This document shows, one piece after another, positions 37,199 through 45,603 of a stretch of 64,000 bases of DNA. Where the stretch lies: positions 11,460 through 75,459 of the forward strand of contig JAUVZF010000004.1 of assembly GCA_030602705.1 (NCBI GenBank). The letters run 5' to 3'. Source of the DNA: Planctomycetota bacterium (GTDB taxonomy: Bacteria; Planctomycetota; Phycisphaerae; FEN-1346). The translations under genes were made by a program, and so were the position numbers. Within the stretch, counting starts at the first letter, position 1; every line of letters begins with the position of its first letter. Below the pieces are notes generated by a model, which was not told the origin of the DNA, searched no databases, and worked only from the letters and a program-made list of their open reading frames with translations.

Positions 37199-38776
37199 CT
37201 ACCGTGCGTATTCGATGATGCGGCGTTCGCGAATGAGCATGACCTTGACTTCGCCGGGATACGTGAGTTCGTCCTCGACGGCCTTGGCGATGTCGCGGCA
37301 GACCTTCATGGCCAGGGCGTCGTCGACCTTGTCGGCATCGACGATGACGCGGACCTCGCGGCCGGCCTGGATGGCGTAGGCGCTCTGGACACCGTCGAAC
37401 CGGCAGGCGACGGCCTCGAGTTTCTCCAGGCGCTGGATGTATTTCTCCAGCGTTTCTCGCCGTGCACCCGGCCGGCTGGCGCTGACGGCGTCGGCCGCCG
37501 ACACGATCATCGTGTACAGCATGCTCTGGACGTCCGGCTCGTGGTGCTTGCCGATGGCGTGAACCACCTCCTGCTTCTCGTTGTACCGCCGGGCCAGGTC
37601 GGCGCCGATCTCCGGATGGCTGCCCTGGACCTCATGGTCCACGGCCTTTCCGATGTCGTGCAGCAGCCCGGCACGGCGAGCGAGTTGGCCGTCGAGGCCG
37701 AGTTCCTCGGCGAGCATGCCGGCCAACGCCGACACCTCGATCGAGTGCTGGAGCACGCTCTGGCCGTAGGAGGTCCGGAACTTCAGACGCCCCAGCAACT
37801 GGATCTCTTTCGGATGCAGGCCCTTGACGCCCGTGTCGAGGGCGACCTGCTTGCCGGTCTCGTTCATCTCGCGTTCGACGTCCTTGCGGCACTCTGAGAC
37901 GATCTGCTCGATGCGCGGCGGCTGGATGCGTCCGTCGGAGATGAGTTTGGCGAGGGCCCGCCGGCCGACCTCGCGCCGGACCGAATCGAACGACGAGAGC
38001 ACGACGACGCCCGGCGTATCGTCCACGATGACGTCCACGCCGGTGGCGCGCTCGAAGGCGCGGATGTTGCGTCCCTCGCGGCCGATGATGCGGCCCTTCA
38101 TCTCGTCGTTCGGGATATCCACCGTGGCGACGGTGGCTTCGGAGGTGTAATCCGACGCCAGCCGCTGGACGGTTGCGGCGAGGATCTCGCGGGCCCGCTG
38201 GTCGGCGGTTTCCTGGGCCCGTTCGGTGGCCCGCTGAACGAGTGCGGCGGCCTCGTGCTGGACCTCGGCCTCCATTCGCTCCAAGAGGATCGTCCGTGCC
38301 TCGTTCTGGCCGAGGCCGCTGATCCTCAACAGTTGCCGCTTCTCGTCCTCGATCATGCGATCGAGTTCGGCCTTGTGCTTGTTCCAGTTCTTCTCCAGAT
38401 CAGAGACGCGTCGCTCGGCGGCCTCGACGGCCTTCTCCTTGGCGCCGAGGGTCTCCATCTTCGAGTCGAGGGCGTCCTCGCGTTTGACGACGAGGTGTTT
38501 ACGTTCACGGAGTTCGTCGCGGGTCTTGGCCGCCTCCTTTTCAAACGCCTCGCGCGCCCGGATGGCCTCTGCCTTGGCCTCGACCTTGGCCTCCTTGACG
38601 AGGCCTTGGGCCTCCTTGCGGGCCTGGGCCAGCACCTGCTCCATCCCCGTCCGGGCAGCACGTGTACGCTTCGACAACACAATGGCCGCAACAACCACGC
38701 CGACAACAGAGACGACGAGGATGGCGACGGCGCCGATCAACTCGGGCGCCAGCGCCAAGGGTATCGGTGACGTCAT
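37199..38776 (-). CDS. rny: ribonuclease Y
   Basis: N-terminal TM, a coiled coil, a KH domain ([17 protein letters not shown]) and an HD domain ([27 protein letters not shown]). Confidence 0.9.
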   Translation of the reverse strand: MTSPIPLALAPELIGAVAILVVSVVGVVVAAIVLSKRTRAARTGMEQVLAQARKEAQGLVKEAKVEAKAEAIRAREAFEKEAAKTRDELRERKHLVVKREDALDSKMETLGAKEKAVEAAERRVSDLEKNWNKHKAELDRMIEDEKRQLLRISGLGQNEARTILLERMEAEVQHEAAALVQRATERAQETADQRAREILAATVQRLASDYTSEATVATVDIPNDEMKGRIIGREGRNIRAFERATGVDVIVDDTPGVVVLSSFDSVRREVGRRALAKLISDGRIQPPRIEQIVSECRKDVEREMNETGKQVALDTGVKGLHPKEIQLLGRLKFRTSYGQSVLQHSIEVSALAGMLAEELGLDGQLARRAGLLHDIGKAVDHEVQGSHPEIGADLARRYNEKQEVVHAIGKHHEPDVQSMLYTMIVSAADAVSASRPGARRETLEKYIQRLEKLEAVACRFDGVQSAYAIQAGREVRVIVDADKVDDALAMKVCRDIAKAVEDELTYPGEVKVMLIRERRIIEYAR

Positions 38777-39485
38777 GATGTGACTCGCTTTCCAGGGAGG
38801 CGGGCTGCGACGTGGCGCACTCGCCGCACGCTGACTTCACGTGGGGCTCCAGACGTCCGAGGTGGGGCAACCTGAAAGGCCGCTGCGGCAGCAAAGGACA
38901 ACCGGGACGTGTGTTACTTGGCGAACGGCAGATTCAGTCGGCGCGGTCCTCTCCCGAAACCATTTCGTCCGTGGGTAGAGTCACGCACGCGCCCTGCACG
39001 AAAAAACCTGCCTTTCCCGCCGGAGTTCGGCGTCTGGACCCGCACAAGCAACGGGCGGATCCTTCGGGTCCCGGTTCAGTCCTCTAAACCACAAATCCGG
39101 CCGGATTCGGCGCTGCCGCTCGGCCAGACGCGGCCGTCGAGTCCGTTGGCCTTAGGCTCAACCACACACGGAACGCTCAACTCGCCCCGCATCCCAACTG
39201 AGGGTTCTTGTGTTTTCTCCTATTGCATGTTGCGACCCGAAGCGGGTCGCCACCTTGAGTATCGGTCAAACAACCGCTACACCACCACTATCATTGTACG
39301 AGTTCGGCGGCCTGTCAAGCAGAAATGTGCGCCAGCGCCCTTCTTGGCGCCAAAAACGCCGTTTTGGCGGGCGAAGGAGTTCCTTCGGGCCAGCCAAACC
39401 CCTCCGGCTGGTCCCGCGGACGCGCTCCGCTGCGCCGGTCTGGAAAGGCCGCCACCCGGCGCCGGACGAATTCCCAATTGTGCCG

Positions 39486-39515
39486 TTGACGCGCGGGGCG
39501 CCGGCGCGGTAGAGT
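39486..39515 (+). promoter_or_regulatory. sigma70-type promoter upstream of dnaE (TTGACG-N18-TAGAGT)
   Basis: TTGACG at 39486-39491 and TAGAGT at 39510-39515, 66 nt before the GTG at 39581. Confidence 0.45.
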
Positions 39516-39580
39516 CGCTTCGGTCCGGAGGAGGGTCGTCCGGGCACTTCCGAATCCCCGGCACGGGAGCGAGGTTACTG

Positions 39581-42500
39581 GTGCCGCAGACTCCTTTTGT
39601 CCATCTGCACGTTCACACCGAATACAGTCTGCTCGACGGCGCCTGCCGCATCAACGACCTGGTCCAGGCCACGGTCGAGCAGGGCGCCGAAGCCCTGGCC
39701 ATCACCGACCACGGCAACCTGCACGGCGTCATCGCGTTCTACGCCGCCTGCACCGAAGCCGGCATCAAACCCGTCATAGGGTACGAGGCATACGTGGCGC
39801 CCGGGCGCCGGCAGGACCGCGAGACGCTGCCCGGCAGCCAGGACGCCGGCCACCATCTCATCCTGCTCGCCCGTGACGAGCGCGGGTTCGCGAACCTGCT
39901 GCGCCTGGCGACGACTGCGTCGCTCGACGGCTTCTACTACAAGCCGCGCATCGACAAGGGGTGCCTGGCCGAGTTCAGCGACGGCCTGTTGGGGATGTCG
40001 GCTTGCCTCCAGGGCGAGGTGCCGCGCCGGTTGCTCGCCGGCGAGACCGACGCCGCACGGCGCGTCGTCCACCAGTACCGCGATATCCTCGGCCCCGATA
40101 ACTTCTACCTCGAAATCCAGGACCACGGCATCGAGGACGAACGCCGGGTGCGGCCGATGCTCATCGGCCTGGCCGAAGAGATGGGCGTGCCGCTCGTCGC
40201 CACCAACGACGTCCACTACATCCACGCCGACGACACACGGGCCCACGATGCCCTCCTGTGCATCAACACCGGCAAGGTTCTCACCGACGAGAACCGCATG
40301 CGGTACCGCGATCGCGAGTTCCATCTGAAGACCTGCGACGAGATGCAGGCCCGCTTTGCCGACGTGCCCCAGGCGCTGGCGAATACGCTGGAGGTGGCCC
40401 GCCGGTGCAACCTGACGCTGACGTTCGGCCGGCATCACGCCCCCGTCTTTCCGACGGCGGACGGCGAGACGCCCGAGGCGATGCTCCGGCGGCTGTGCGA
40501 GGAAGGCATGAAACGCCGCTACGGACGCGCCACCAAGGCCTTGCGCGAACGCCTCGAGCACGAACTGGCGATCATCGAGGCCAAAAAGTTCTCCAGTTAC
40601 TTCCTGATCGTCTGGGACTTCGTCCGGTACGCCCACGAGCGCGGCATCCCGTGCGGGGCGCGCGGCAGCGGGGTGGGATGCATGGTGGCGTATCTGCTGG
40701 GTCTCTCGACGGTGGACCCGATCGCCTACGGCCTCTTGTTCGAGCGGTTCATGGACCCCAGCCGCAACGAGATGCCCGACCTCGACATCGACATCTGCCA
40801 GGACGGCCGCCGCCACCTCATCCAGTACGTCCGCGACAAGTACGACGAGGCGAACGTGGCCCAGATCATCACGTTCGGCACCATGGCCGCCCGGGCCGCC
40901 GTCCGCGACGTCGGCCGTGTCCTCGACATCCCGCTGCCCGAGGTGGACCGGATCGCCAAGAAGATTCCGTTCGGGCTCGGCATGACGCTCGATAAGGCGC
41001 TGAAGCGCGAACCCGACCTGCGCGAGCGGTACGAGAACGAGCCGCAGATCAGGCAACTCATCGACATCGCGCGGCGTCTGGAGGGGGTGGCGCGGCACGC
41101 GTCGGTGCACGCGGCCGGGGTGGTGATCGCCGACGCCCCCCTCGTGAACTACGTCCCGCTTTGCCGCGTCGGCGACGACATCACCACCCAGTGGGACATG
41201 ACGGCCGTCGAGAAGATCGGCCTCTTGAAGATGGACTTCCTGGGTCTCAGGACACTCTCGACGATGCAGCGGGCCGTGGACCTCATCAAGGAGCACCGCG
41301 GCGAGGACGTGGACCTGGAACACGTGCCCCTGGACGATCCGAAGGTGTACGAGATCTTCCGGAACGGCGAGACGCGCGGCATCTTCCAGTTCGAGTCCGC
41401 CGGCATGAGGGACCTGCTCCAGAAACTGGGGCCAGACAAACTCGACGATCTCATCGCCGCCAACGCCCTCTACCGGCCCGGACCGATGGTCATGATCGAC
41501 GATTTCCTGGCCCGCAAGCACGGACGCTCGGCCTACGAGTATCCGCATCCCGTGCTCCGCGAGATCCTGGGCGAGACCTACGGCATCATGGCCTACCAGG
41601 AACAGGTTATGCGGATCGTGAACCGCCTCGGCGACATTCCGCTCGAGCGGGCCTACAAACTCATCAAGGCCATCTCCAAGAAAAATCACGACGTTATCCA
41701 CGCCGAGGAAGGGGCGTTCTTAAAAGGTTGCAAGCGGCACCGCCTCGGCGACAGCCTGTCCGGCCAGGTCTGGGAACTCATCACCCACTTCGGAGGGTAC
41801 GGCTTCAACAAGAGCCACTCGGCACGCTACGCCCAGATCGCCTATCAGACGGCCTACCTGAAGGCCCACTACCCGGTCGAGTTCATGGCGGCACTGCTGA
41901 CGTACGAAATGGGCGACTCCGACAAGTTGGCCGAGTACATGGACGAGTGCCGCCGGATGAACATCGAGGTCGCCCCCCCCGACGTCAACGAATCGGGGGC
42001 CGACTTCACCGTCGTCGGCGATCGTGTCCGCTTCGGCCTGGCCGCCGTTAAAGGCGTGGGCGAACGCGCCGTCGAGGCCATCGCCCACGCGCGCGAGGGC
42101 GTGGGGCGGTTCGAATCGCTTTTCCACTTCTGCGAGCACGTGGACCTCTCGGCCGTCAACCGCGCCGTCGTCGAAAGCCTCATCAAGTGCGGCGCCTTCG
42201 ATTCGACCGGCGCCCGAAAGAGCCAACTCGCCGCCGTCCTCGGCAAGGCCTTGAGTACAGGCTCCCAGGCACAGGACGACACACGCAAGGGGCAGATGAA
42301 CTTCCTCGACACCTTCGCTGCCGAGGCCCCGCCCGACGACGTGGCACTGCCCGACATCCCCGAGTGGCCGGAAGAGAAACTCTCGAAGTGCGAGAAAGAA
42401 TCGCTCGGCCTCTACGTCAAGCATCACCCGCTCGGCCAGCACGAAAAGACCCTGCGGCACTTCGCGACGGCCCTCAGCACCGACCTCTGCCACTTGTCAC

Positions 42501-43045
42501 AGGACGCCGACGTCGTCCTCGGCGGACTCATCAAGAGCGTCCGCGTCATCGTCACGAAGACCGGGAGGAACGTCGGAGCGAAGATGGCCGTCTTCGAACT
42601 CGAAGACCTCGCCGGAACCGTCTCCTGCGTCATCTTCCCACGCGAGTACCAACACTTCGAGCACGTCATCCAGGCCGACCGCATCGTCTTTGTGCGCGGG
42701 CAGGTGGACCGCCAGCGAGAAGAACCGCAGGTCCGCACCTCAGAGGTGTTCGACGTGGCCGAGGGCCCCGGGCGGCTCTCCAGCGCCGTCGTCGTTCGCC
42801 TCGACGCCGACGGCCTGGACGACGCCATGCTTACCGCCTTGCGAGACGCCCTGGCGGCCCATCCGGGGCCGCTGCCGGTCTTCCTGCAACTGGAGACCTC
42901 CGGCAACGGCAAGACGCTCATCCGCGCCGGCGACGGACTGCGCGTGGCGATGAACGCGGCCCTTCAGCGCGACCTGGCCAACCTGCTCGGCGACGGCCAT
43001 ACCGTCCTGGCGGCCAACGGCACCGGCATCATGGCGGAACTGTAA
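39581..43045 (+). CDS. dnaE: DNA polymerase III alpha subunit
   Basis: The PHP domain starts at VPQTPFVHLHVHTEYSLLDGA. Other strings are LIATNDVHY-type (LVATNDVHYI), the finger/palm region (GLLKMDFLGLRTLS, FQFES.GM, YRPGPM) and the OB fold. GTG start at 39581; the 224-codon upstream extension of the 38909 ORF was rejected. Confidence 0.9.
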   Translation: MPQTPFVHLHVHTEYSLLDGACRINDLVQATVEQGAEALAITDHGNLHGVIAFYAACTEAGIKPVIGYEAYVAPGRRQDRETLPGSQDAGHHLILLARDERGFANLLRLATTASLDGFYYKPRIDKGCLAEFSDGLLGMSACLQGEVPRRLLAGETDAARRVVHQYRDILGPDNFYLEIQDHGIEDERRVRPMLIGLAEEMGVPLVATNDVHYIHADDTRAHDALLCINTGKVLTDENRMRYRDREFHLKTCDEMQARFADVPQALANTLEVARRCNLTLTFGRHHAPVFPTADGETPEAMLRRLCEEGMKRRYGRATKALRERLEHELAIIEAKKFSSYFLIVWDFVRYAHERGIPCGARGSGVGCMVAYLLGLSTVDPIAYGLLFERFMDPSRNEMPDLDIDICQDGRRHLIQYVRDKYDEANVAQIITFGTMAARAAVRDVGRVLDIPLPEVDRIAKKIPFGLGMTLDKALKREPDLRERYENEPQIRQLIDIARRLEGVARHASVHAAGVVIADAPLVNYVPLCRVGDDITTQWDMTAVEKIGLLKMDFLGLRTLSTMQRAVDLIKEHRGEDVDLEHVPLDDPKVYEIFRNGETRGIFQFESAGMRDLLQKLGPDKLDDLIAANALYRPGPMVMIDDFLARKHGRSAYEYPHPVLREILGETYGIMAYQEQVMRIVNRLGDIPLERAYKLIKAISKKNHDVIHAEEGAFLKGCKRHRLGDSLSGQVWELITHFGGYGFNKSHSARYAQIAYQTAYLKAHYPVEFMAALLTYEMGDSDKLAEYMDECRRMNIEVAPPDVNESGADFTVVGDRVRFGLAAVKGVGERAVEAIAHAREGVGRFESLFHFCEHVDLSAVNRAVVESLIKCGAFDSTGARKSQLAAVLGKALSTGSQAQDDTRKGQMNFLDTFAAEAPPDDVALPDIPEWPEEKLSKCEKESLGLYVKHHPLGQHEKTLRHFATALSTDLCHLSQDADVVLGGLIKSVRVIVTKTGRNVGAKMAVFELEDLAGTVSCVIFPREYQHFEHVIQADRIVFVRGQVDRQREEPQVRTSEVFDVAEGPGRLSSAVVVRLDADGLDDAMLTALRDALAAHPGPLPVFLQLETSGNGKTLIRAGDGLRVAMNAALQRDLANLLGDGHTVLAANGTGIMAEL

Positions 43046-43065
43046 CCGCAGGCTGCGAGCGTGTG

Positions 43066-43090
43066 CCACGGCCCGTCTTGCCCGGCCGCG
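43066..43090. repeat. family-2 hairpin (CACGGCCCG-tcttgc-CCGGCCGCG) 20 nt after the dnaE stop
   Basis: gtgccacggcccgtcttgcccggccgcg, cognate to 30633-30660. It is followed by ..atgcttggtt.., as in the xseA copy. Confidence 0.75.
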
Positions 43091-43158
43091 CGTTTCTCGT
43101 GCAGGCCGGGGTGTGGCGCGGCCACCATGCTTGGTTGAACATGCGGCTGGCTCTATAA

Positions 43159-43380
43159 GACTTACGTCAAATTTCACCTTGCCGAAACCCCCAAATGCGC
43201 GTTTTTTTTGGCTCCAATCGTTGATTCTGGGCCGTGAGGGGCGATTTGGGGGTCGAATGTTAAGATAGGTAAGGCAAAACGCGCTGGTTTTGGGTCCGTT
43301 TTTGCGATTTATGTGTCCGTTTTTGTTCCGTTTTGTTCCGTTTTTGAGGGGTTTTTGAGGGGGCGAAATTGATGTAAGTC
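43159..43380. repeat. 222-bp AT-rich non-coding element bounded by imperfect terminal inverted repeats (MITE-like)
   Basis: The left end is GACTTACGTCAAATTTC (43159-43175). The right end gaaattgatgtaagtc (43365-43380) is the reverse complement GACTTACATCAATTTC. The interior has T-runs and short direct repeats (gtccgttttt / gttccgtttt / gaggggttttt x2). No ORF. Confidence 0.55.
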
Positions 43381-43430
43381 ACCAAGGCCGAAACGCAACC
43401 GGCGAGCGCGACGCCGCAGAGGCCGAAAAG

Positions 43431-43490
43431 TTGTTAGAGTTCTAACAAAATGGGGAGAGGGGCAGGGATTTTGTTAGAGTTCTAACAAAA
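43431..43490. repeat. two copies of the palindrome TTGTTAGA-GT-TCTAACAA, centres 40 bp apart
   Basis: ttgttagagttctaacaaaa at 43431-43450 and ttttgttagagttctaacaaaa at 43469-43490 (10-bp arms in copy 2). Operator-like or transposon-end-like. Confidence 0.8.
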
Positions 43491-43529
43491 CGGCAGGGAA
43501 TGGGGAATAGGGGATGGGGCAAAGGTAAT

Positions 43530-43639
43530 TTCCGAGCCGCGAGCGCAAGGGAGCGGAACGCGGAGAACGGCCTGAATCCGGGTAACGACAAACGGCCACC
43601 GGCAACGGCCCGTTCCGAGCCGCGACCGCAAGGGAGCGG
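43530..43639. repeat. two direct 27-nt repeats TTCCGAGCCGCGA(G/C)CGCAAGGGAGCGG, 83 bp apart
   Basis: Copies at 43530-43556 and 43613-43639. They belong to the same CCGAGCCGCG family as the inverted copies at 37130-37195 and 20343-20372. Confidence 0.8.
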
Positions 43640-43669
43640 GGGCGGTGGGGAACGCTGGCTCGCCCAGCC

Positions 43670-43697
43670 AATGCCGAATGCCAAATGCCGAATGCCA
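43670..43697. repeat. heptamer microsatellite (AATGCCR)x4
   Basis: aatgccg aatgcca aatgccg aatgcca, read directly. Confidence 0.9.
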
Positions 43698-43802
43698 AAG
43701 ACCCGCCTGCGGCGGGGAAAGGGGAAAGGCCCACGGCAACGGCGGGAGGCTGAAAGGCTCGGATTCGATAGCCTGGGGCAACGCCCCAGGTCACTCGGTA
43801 CG

Positions 43803-43858
43803 CCCCCCCCCATGCAAGCGAAAAACATGGGTACCGTCCCTAGGTTCCCCAGGTTTCC
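43803..43858 (+). repeat. island repeat copy A (CCATGCAAG-GAAAAACATGGGTACCGTCCC-AGGTTCCCCAGGTTTCC)
   Basis: Direct repeat of copy B (44741-44815). Together they bracket the hicB/hicA-like pair. Confidence 0.8.
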
Positions 43859-43925
43859 TGAGCGGCGCAGAATCAGGTAGCGGGTTAGCTTGAAATGACG
43901 CGGAGAGGGCGAGAACGGTGAGGAG

Positions 43926-44189
43926 TTAGAACTTGCCCCAGAACTCCTCATCGGAAATGCCGTTTTCGGGTGTGAGACCAAACTTGCGGCGGGCTCCGTC
44001 TATGTAATGGCGGGACACGTCATCGTTTTGGCCACGGGCAGGAATGGGGTACTTCTGGCCGTCCGGACTAACCAACAGGGGATGGGGAGGACGGCGGTGT
44101 CCTGGCGAAGCGCCCTCCCGCGTTTCGATCCCATACTCCCGAAACACCTTCCTCACGTCACGCCACTTCTTGACTTTGGGCGGATTCAT
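43926..44189 (-). CDS. HicA-like toxin (tentative; YcfA/HicA mRNA-interferase fold)
   Basis: 87 aa. KKWRDVRKVFREYGIETREG..H....LVSPDGQKYPIPARGQNDDVSRHYIDGARRKFGL follows the HicA layout (K..e..k.L...G......GSH......g....vP.h....l....l..i.k..gl). The start ATG overlaps the stop of the upstream gene (TGATG). Confidence 0.45.
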   Translation of the reverse strand: MNPPKVKKWRDVRKVFREYGIETREGASPGHRRPPHPLLVSPDGQKYPIPARGQNDDVSRHYIDGARRKFGLTPENGISDEEFWGKF

Positions 44190-44533
44190 CAAGCGGGAGC
44201 GAAGGCATAGTCTACGTGTCGCACACAGTCTGCTGCGATCCGACGTTGCTTGATCCTCTCGGGCGGTTCGTAAGGCTCTGCGCGAGCAAGCACCTGCCAA
44301 TACTCCGATGGCGCGGGCGTGAAGATCGTGCCCAGCGTATCATCTTTGATGGCCGCCTGGATCAAGTCCTCGATGAGTTGCTTAAGCAAGGCAATCGCCC
44401 TCGGCCGATTGCTCTCAACTGCTACAACATCCAACTCCAGGCAGTGGGCAACGAACTTTCCCTGATGAATGTCGGACGGGTAGATCAAGAACGTGAAACT
44501 GAAGCGGTACTCACGTCGGGCTTGGCGCGCCAT
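44189..44533 (-). CDS. HicB-like antitoxin (tentative)
   Basis: 114 aa. YRFSFTFLIYPSDIHQGKFVAHCLELDVVAVESNRPRAIALLKQLIEDLI resembles the HicB N-terminal domain (..y.a.vp.l.gc...g.t.eea....ke.i...). It is translationally coupled to the hicA-like gene. A GGGGAGG SD lies before the ATG at 44533. Confidence 0.45.
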   Translation of the reverse strand: MARQARREYRFSFTFLIYPSDIHQGKFVAHCLELDVVAVESNRPRAIALLKQLIEDLIQAAIKDDTLGTIFTPAPSEYWQVLARAEPYEPPERIKQRRIAADCVRHVDYAFAPA

Positions 44534-44561
44534 GGCAGGTGCCTCCCCTGCACACCAACTA

Positions 44562-44589
44562 ATTATACACCAAAAGGGCCTCCGGGCAA
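44562..44589 (-). promoter_or_regulatory. possible promoter of the hicB/hicA-like operon (TTGCCC-N16-TATAAT on the minus strand)
   Basis: The + strand has attata at 44562-44567 and gggcaa at 44584-44589. ACACCAA direct repeats flank the -10 element. Confidence 0.4.
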
Positions 44590-44740
44590 CTATCGGCAGG
44601 AACTGCCCCCGCCCTGCAACCCCTACGTAGGGCCCGAGTGCCGCGCCAAGCAAGCAAATTCCCCGCGGCTGAAATGAACGCGCTCGGTAGGCCGCTTTAC
44701 ACCCGCGCGAGACGTGCGCGCTTCAGCGGAACTCACCACG

Positions 44741-44815
44741 CCCCCCTCCATGCAAGTGAAAAACATGGGTACCGTCCCCAGGTTTCCCCAGGTTCCCCCC
44801 AGGTTCCAGGTTCCA
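44741..44815 (+). repeat. island repeat copy B
   Basis: cccccctccatgcaagtgaaaaacatgggtaccgtccccaggtttccccaggttccccccaggttccaggttcc. It is direct with copy A and inverted with respect to copy C (47364-47409). Confidence 0.8.
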
Positions 44816-44847
44816 CGGGCCATCCCTCCGCGGTGGGCGCGAGATGG

Positions 44848-45603
44848 TTAGGCCTGCACGACCATCACAAAAGCGCCTTGGCCCGATTGCTCAAAGACAC
44901 TCACAATTGTGTAGTTGTCATCGGGTTTGGTGCGTAGTTTTAGAAACGCCCGCGCCATTTCTCTCAGCGGTGCGCGATCCGCTCTTTTCAAAGAGGGACT
45001 TGCGCATGCGGAGTTCTTCTCGAGCTTCCATCCCTCTTCAGCCCTAACCCAGCGGCCCGCGACCCCCTTGGCGAGCTCGTAGTCGTCTAGCATGACGCGC
45101 GCCGCAACCGGCCTGCTGAGGCAAAGCTGGCCTGTTAGAATACCGAACATAGTCTGCGGCTCCGAACTCCCAGCAACGTCCAGCGCATCGAGGTGCCAAT
45201 CTGGAGCGAGAACTCGCCTGGCGACGTCGAAACAGAAGTACTCTTCTTGTTTGCTGTGACCCACAAACCTGCGAGGCACCTCCCCGTCGAGTTCATAGAA
45301 AAGGGAATGGGCCAACTCGTGGGCAATGGCGGTCCTATACCGCCCCATGAAATGTTCCCCATTGACATATACGCGAAACCCCCCTGTCGTCGGAACCAGG
45401 TTCGCATCAGCTTTCATCGCGACTAACGGGATGATCTCCGCTCTGAGCGTGTATGCTAGGCGGTGCAGCTCAACGGGGATTAGATCCGGCCATTCCCTGC
45501 GATAGTCGGCCAGGAGTTCACTTGCCGCCTCTTGTATTGCGCGGCGCCTTTCTCGGGCTCTCGCGGCAAGCCAACTCAGTACGCGTTCAACTGGGACCCG
45601 CAT
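44848..45603 (-). CDS. ImmA/IrrE-family (COG2856, DUF955) Zn-metallopeptidase
   Basis: The HEXXH motif lies in RYRTAIAHELAHSLFYE, within a layout typical of ImmA/IrrE. Start at 45603 (GAGGG SD 5 nt upstream; alternative 45615). It overlaps the stop of the upstream HD gene by 17 nt. Confidence 0.7.
   Translation of the reverse strand: MRVPVERVLSWLAARARERRRAIQEAASELLADYRREWPDLIPVELHRLAYTLRAEIIPLVAMKADANLVPTTGGFRVYVNGEHFMGRYRTAIAHELAHSLFYELDGEVPRRFVGHSKQEEYFCFDVARRVLAPDWHLDALDVAGSSEPQTMFGILTGQLCLSRPVAARVMLDDYELAKGVAGRWVRAEEGWKLEKNSACASPSLKRADRAPLREMARAFLKLRTKPDDNYTIVSVFEQSGQGAFVMVVQA

Noticed and set aside
38909-39580. 224-codon N-terminal extension of dnaE (track ORF 38909..43045)
   Set aside because: DnaE homology (the PHP domain FVHLHVHTEYSLLDGA) begins right after the GTG at 39581. 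The extension contains a promoter-like TTGACG-N18-TAGAGT and low-complexity peptides.
39575-41701. 708-aa minus-strand ORF
   Set aside because: It is antisense to dnaE.
43442-43981. 179-aa ORF, plus the related ORFs 44623..44823 and 47484..48023
   Set aside because: Their only distinctive peptides (GNLGTVPMF, LGTVPMF) are translations of the island repeat A-D. The rest is repeat-derived low-complexity sequence.
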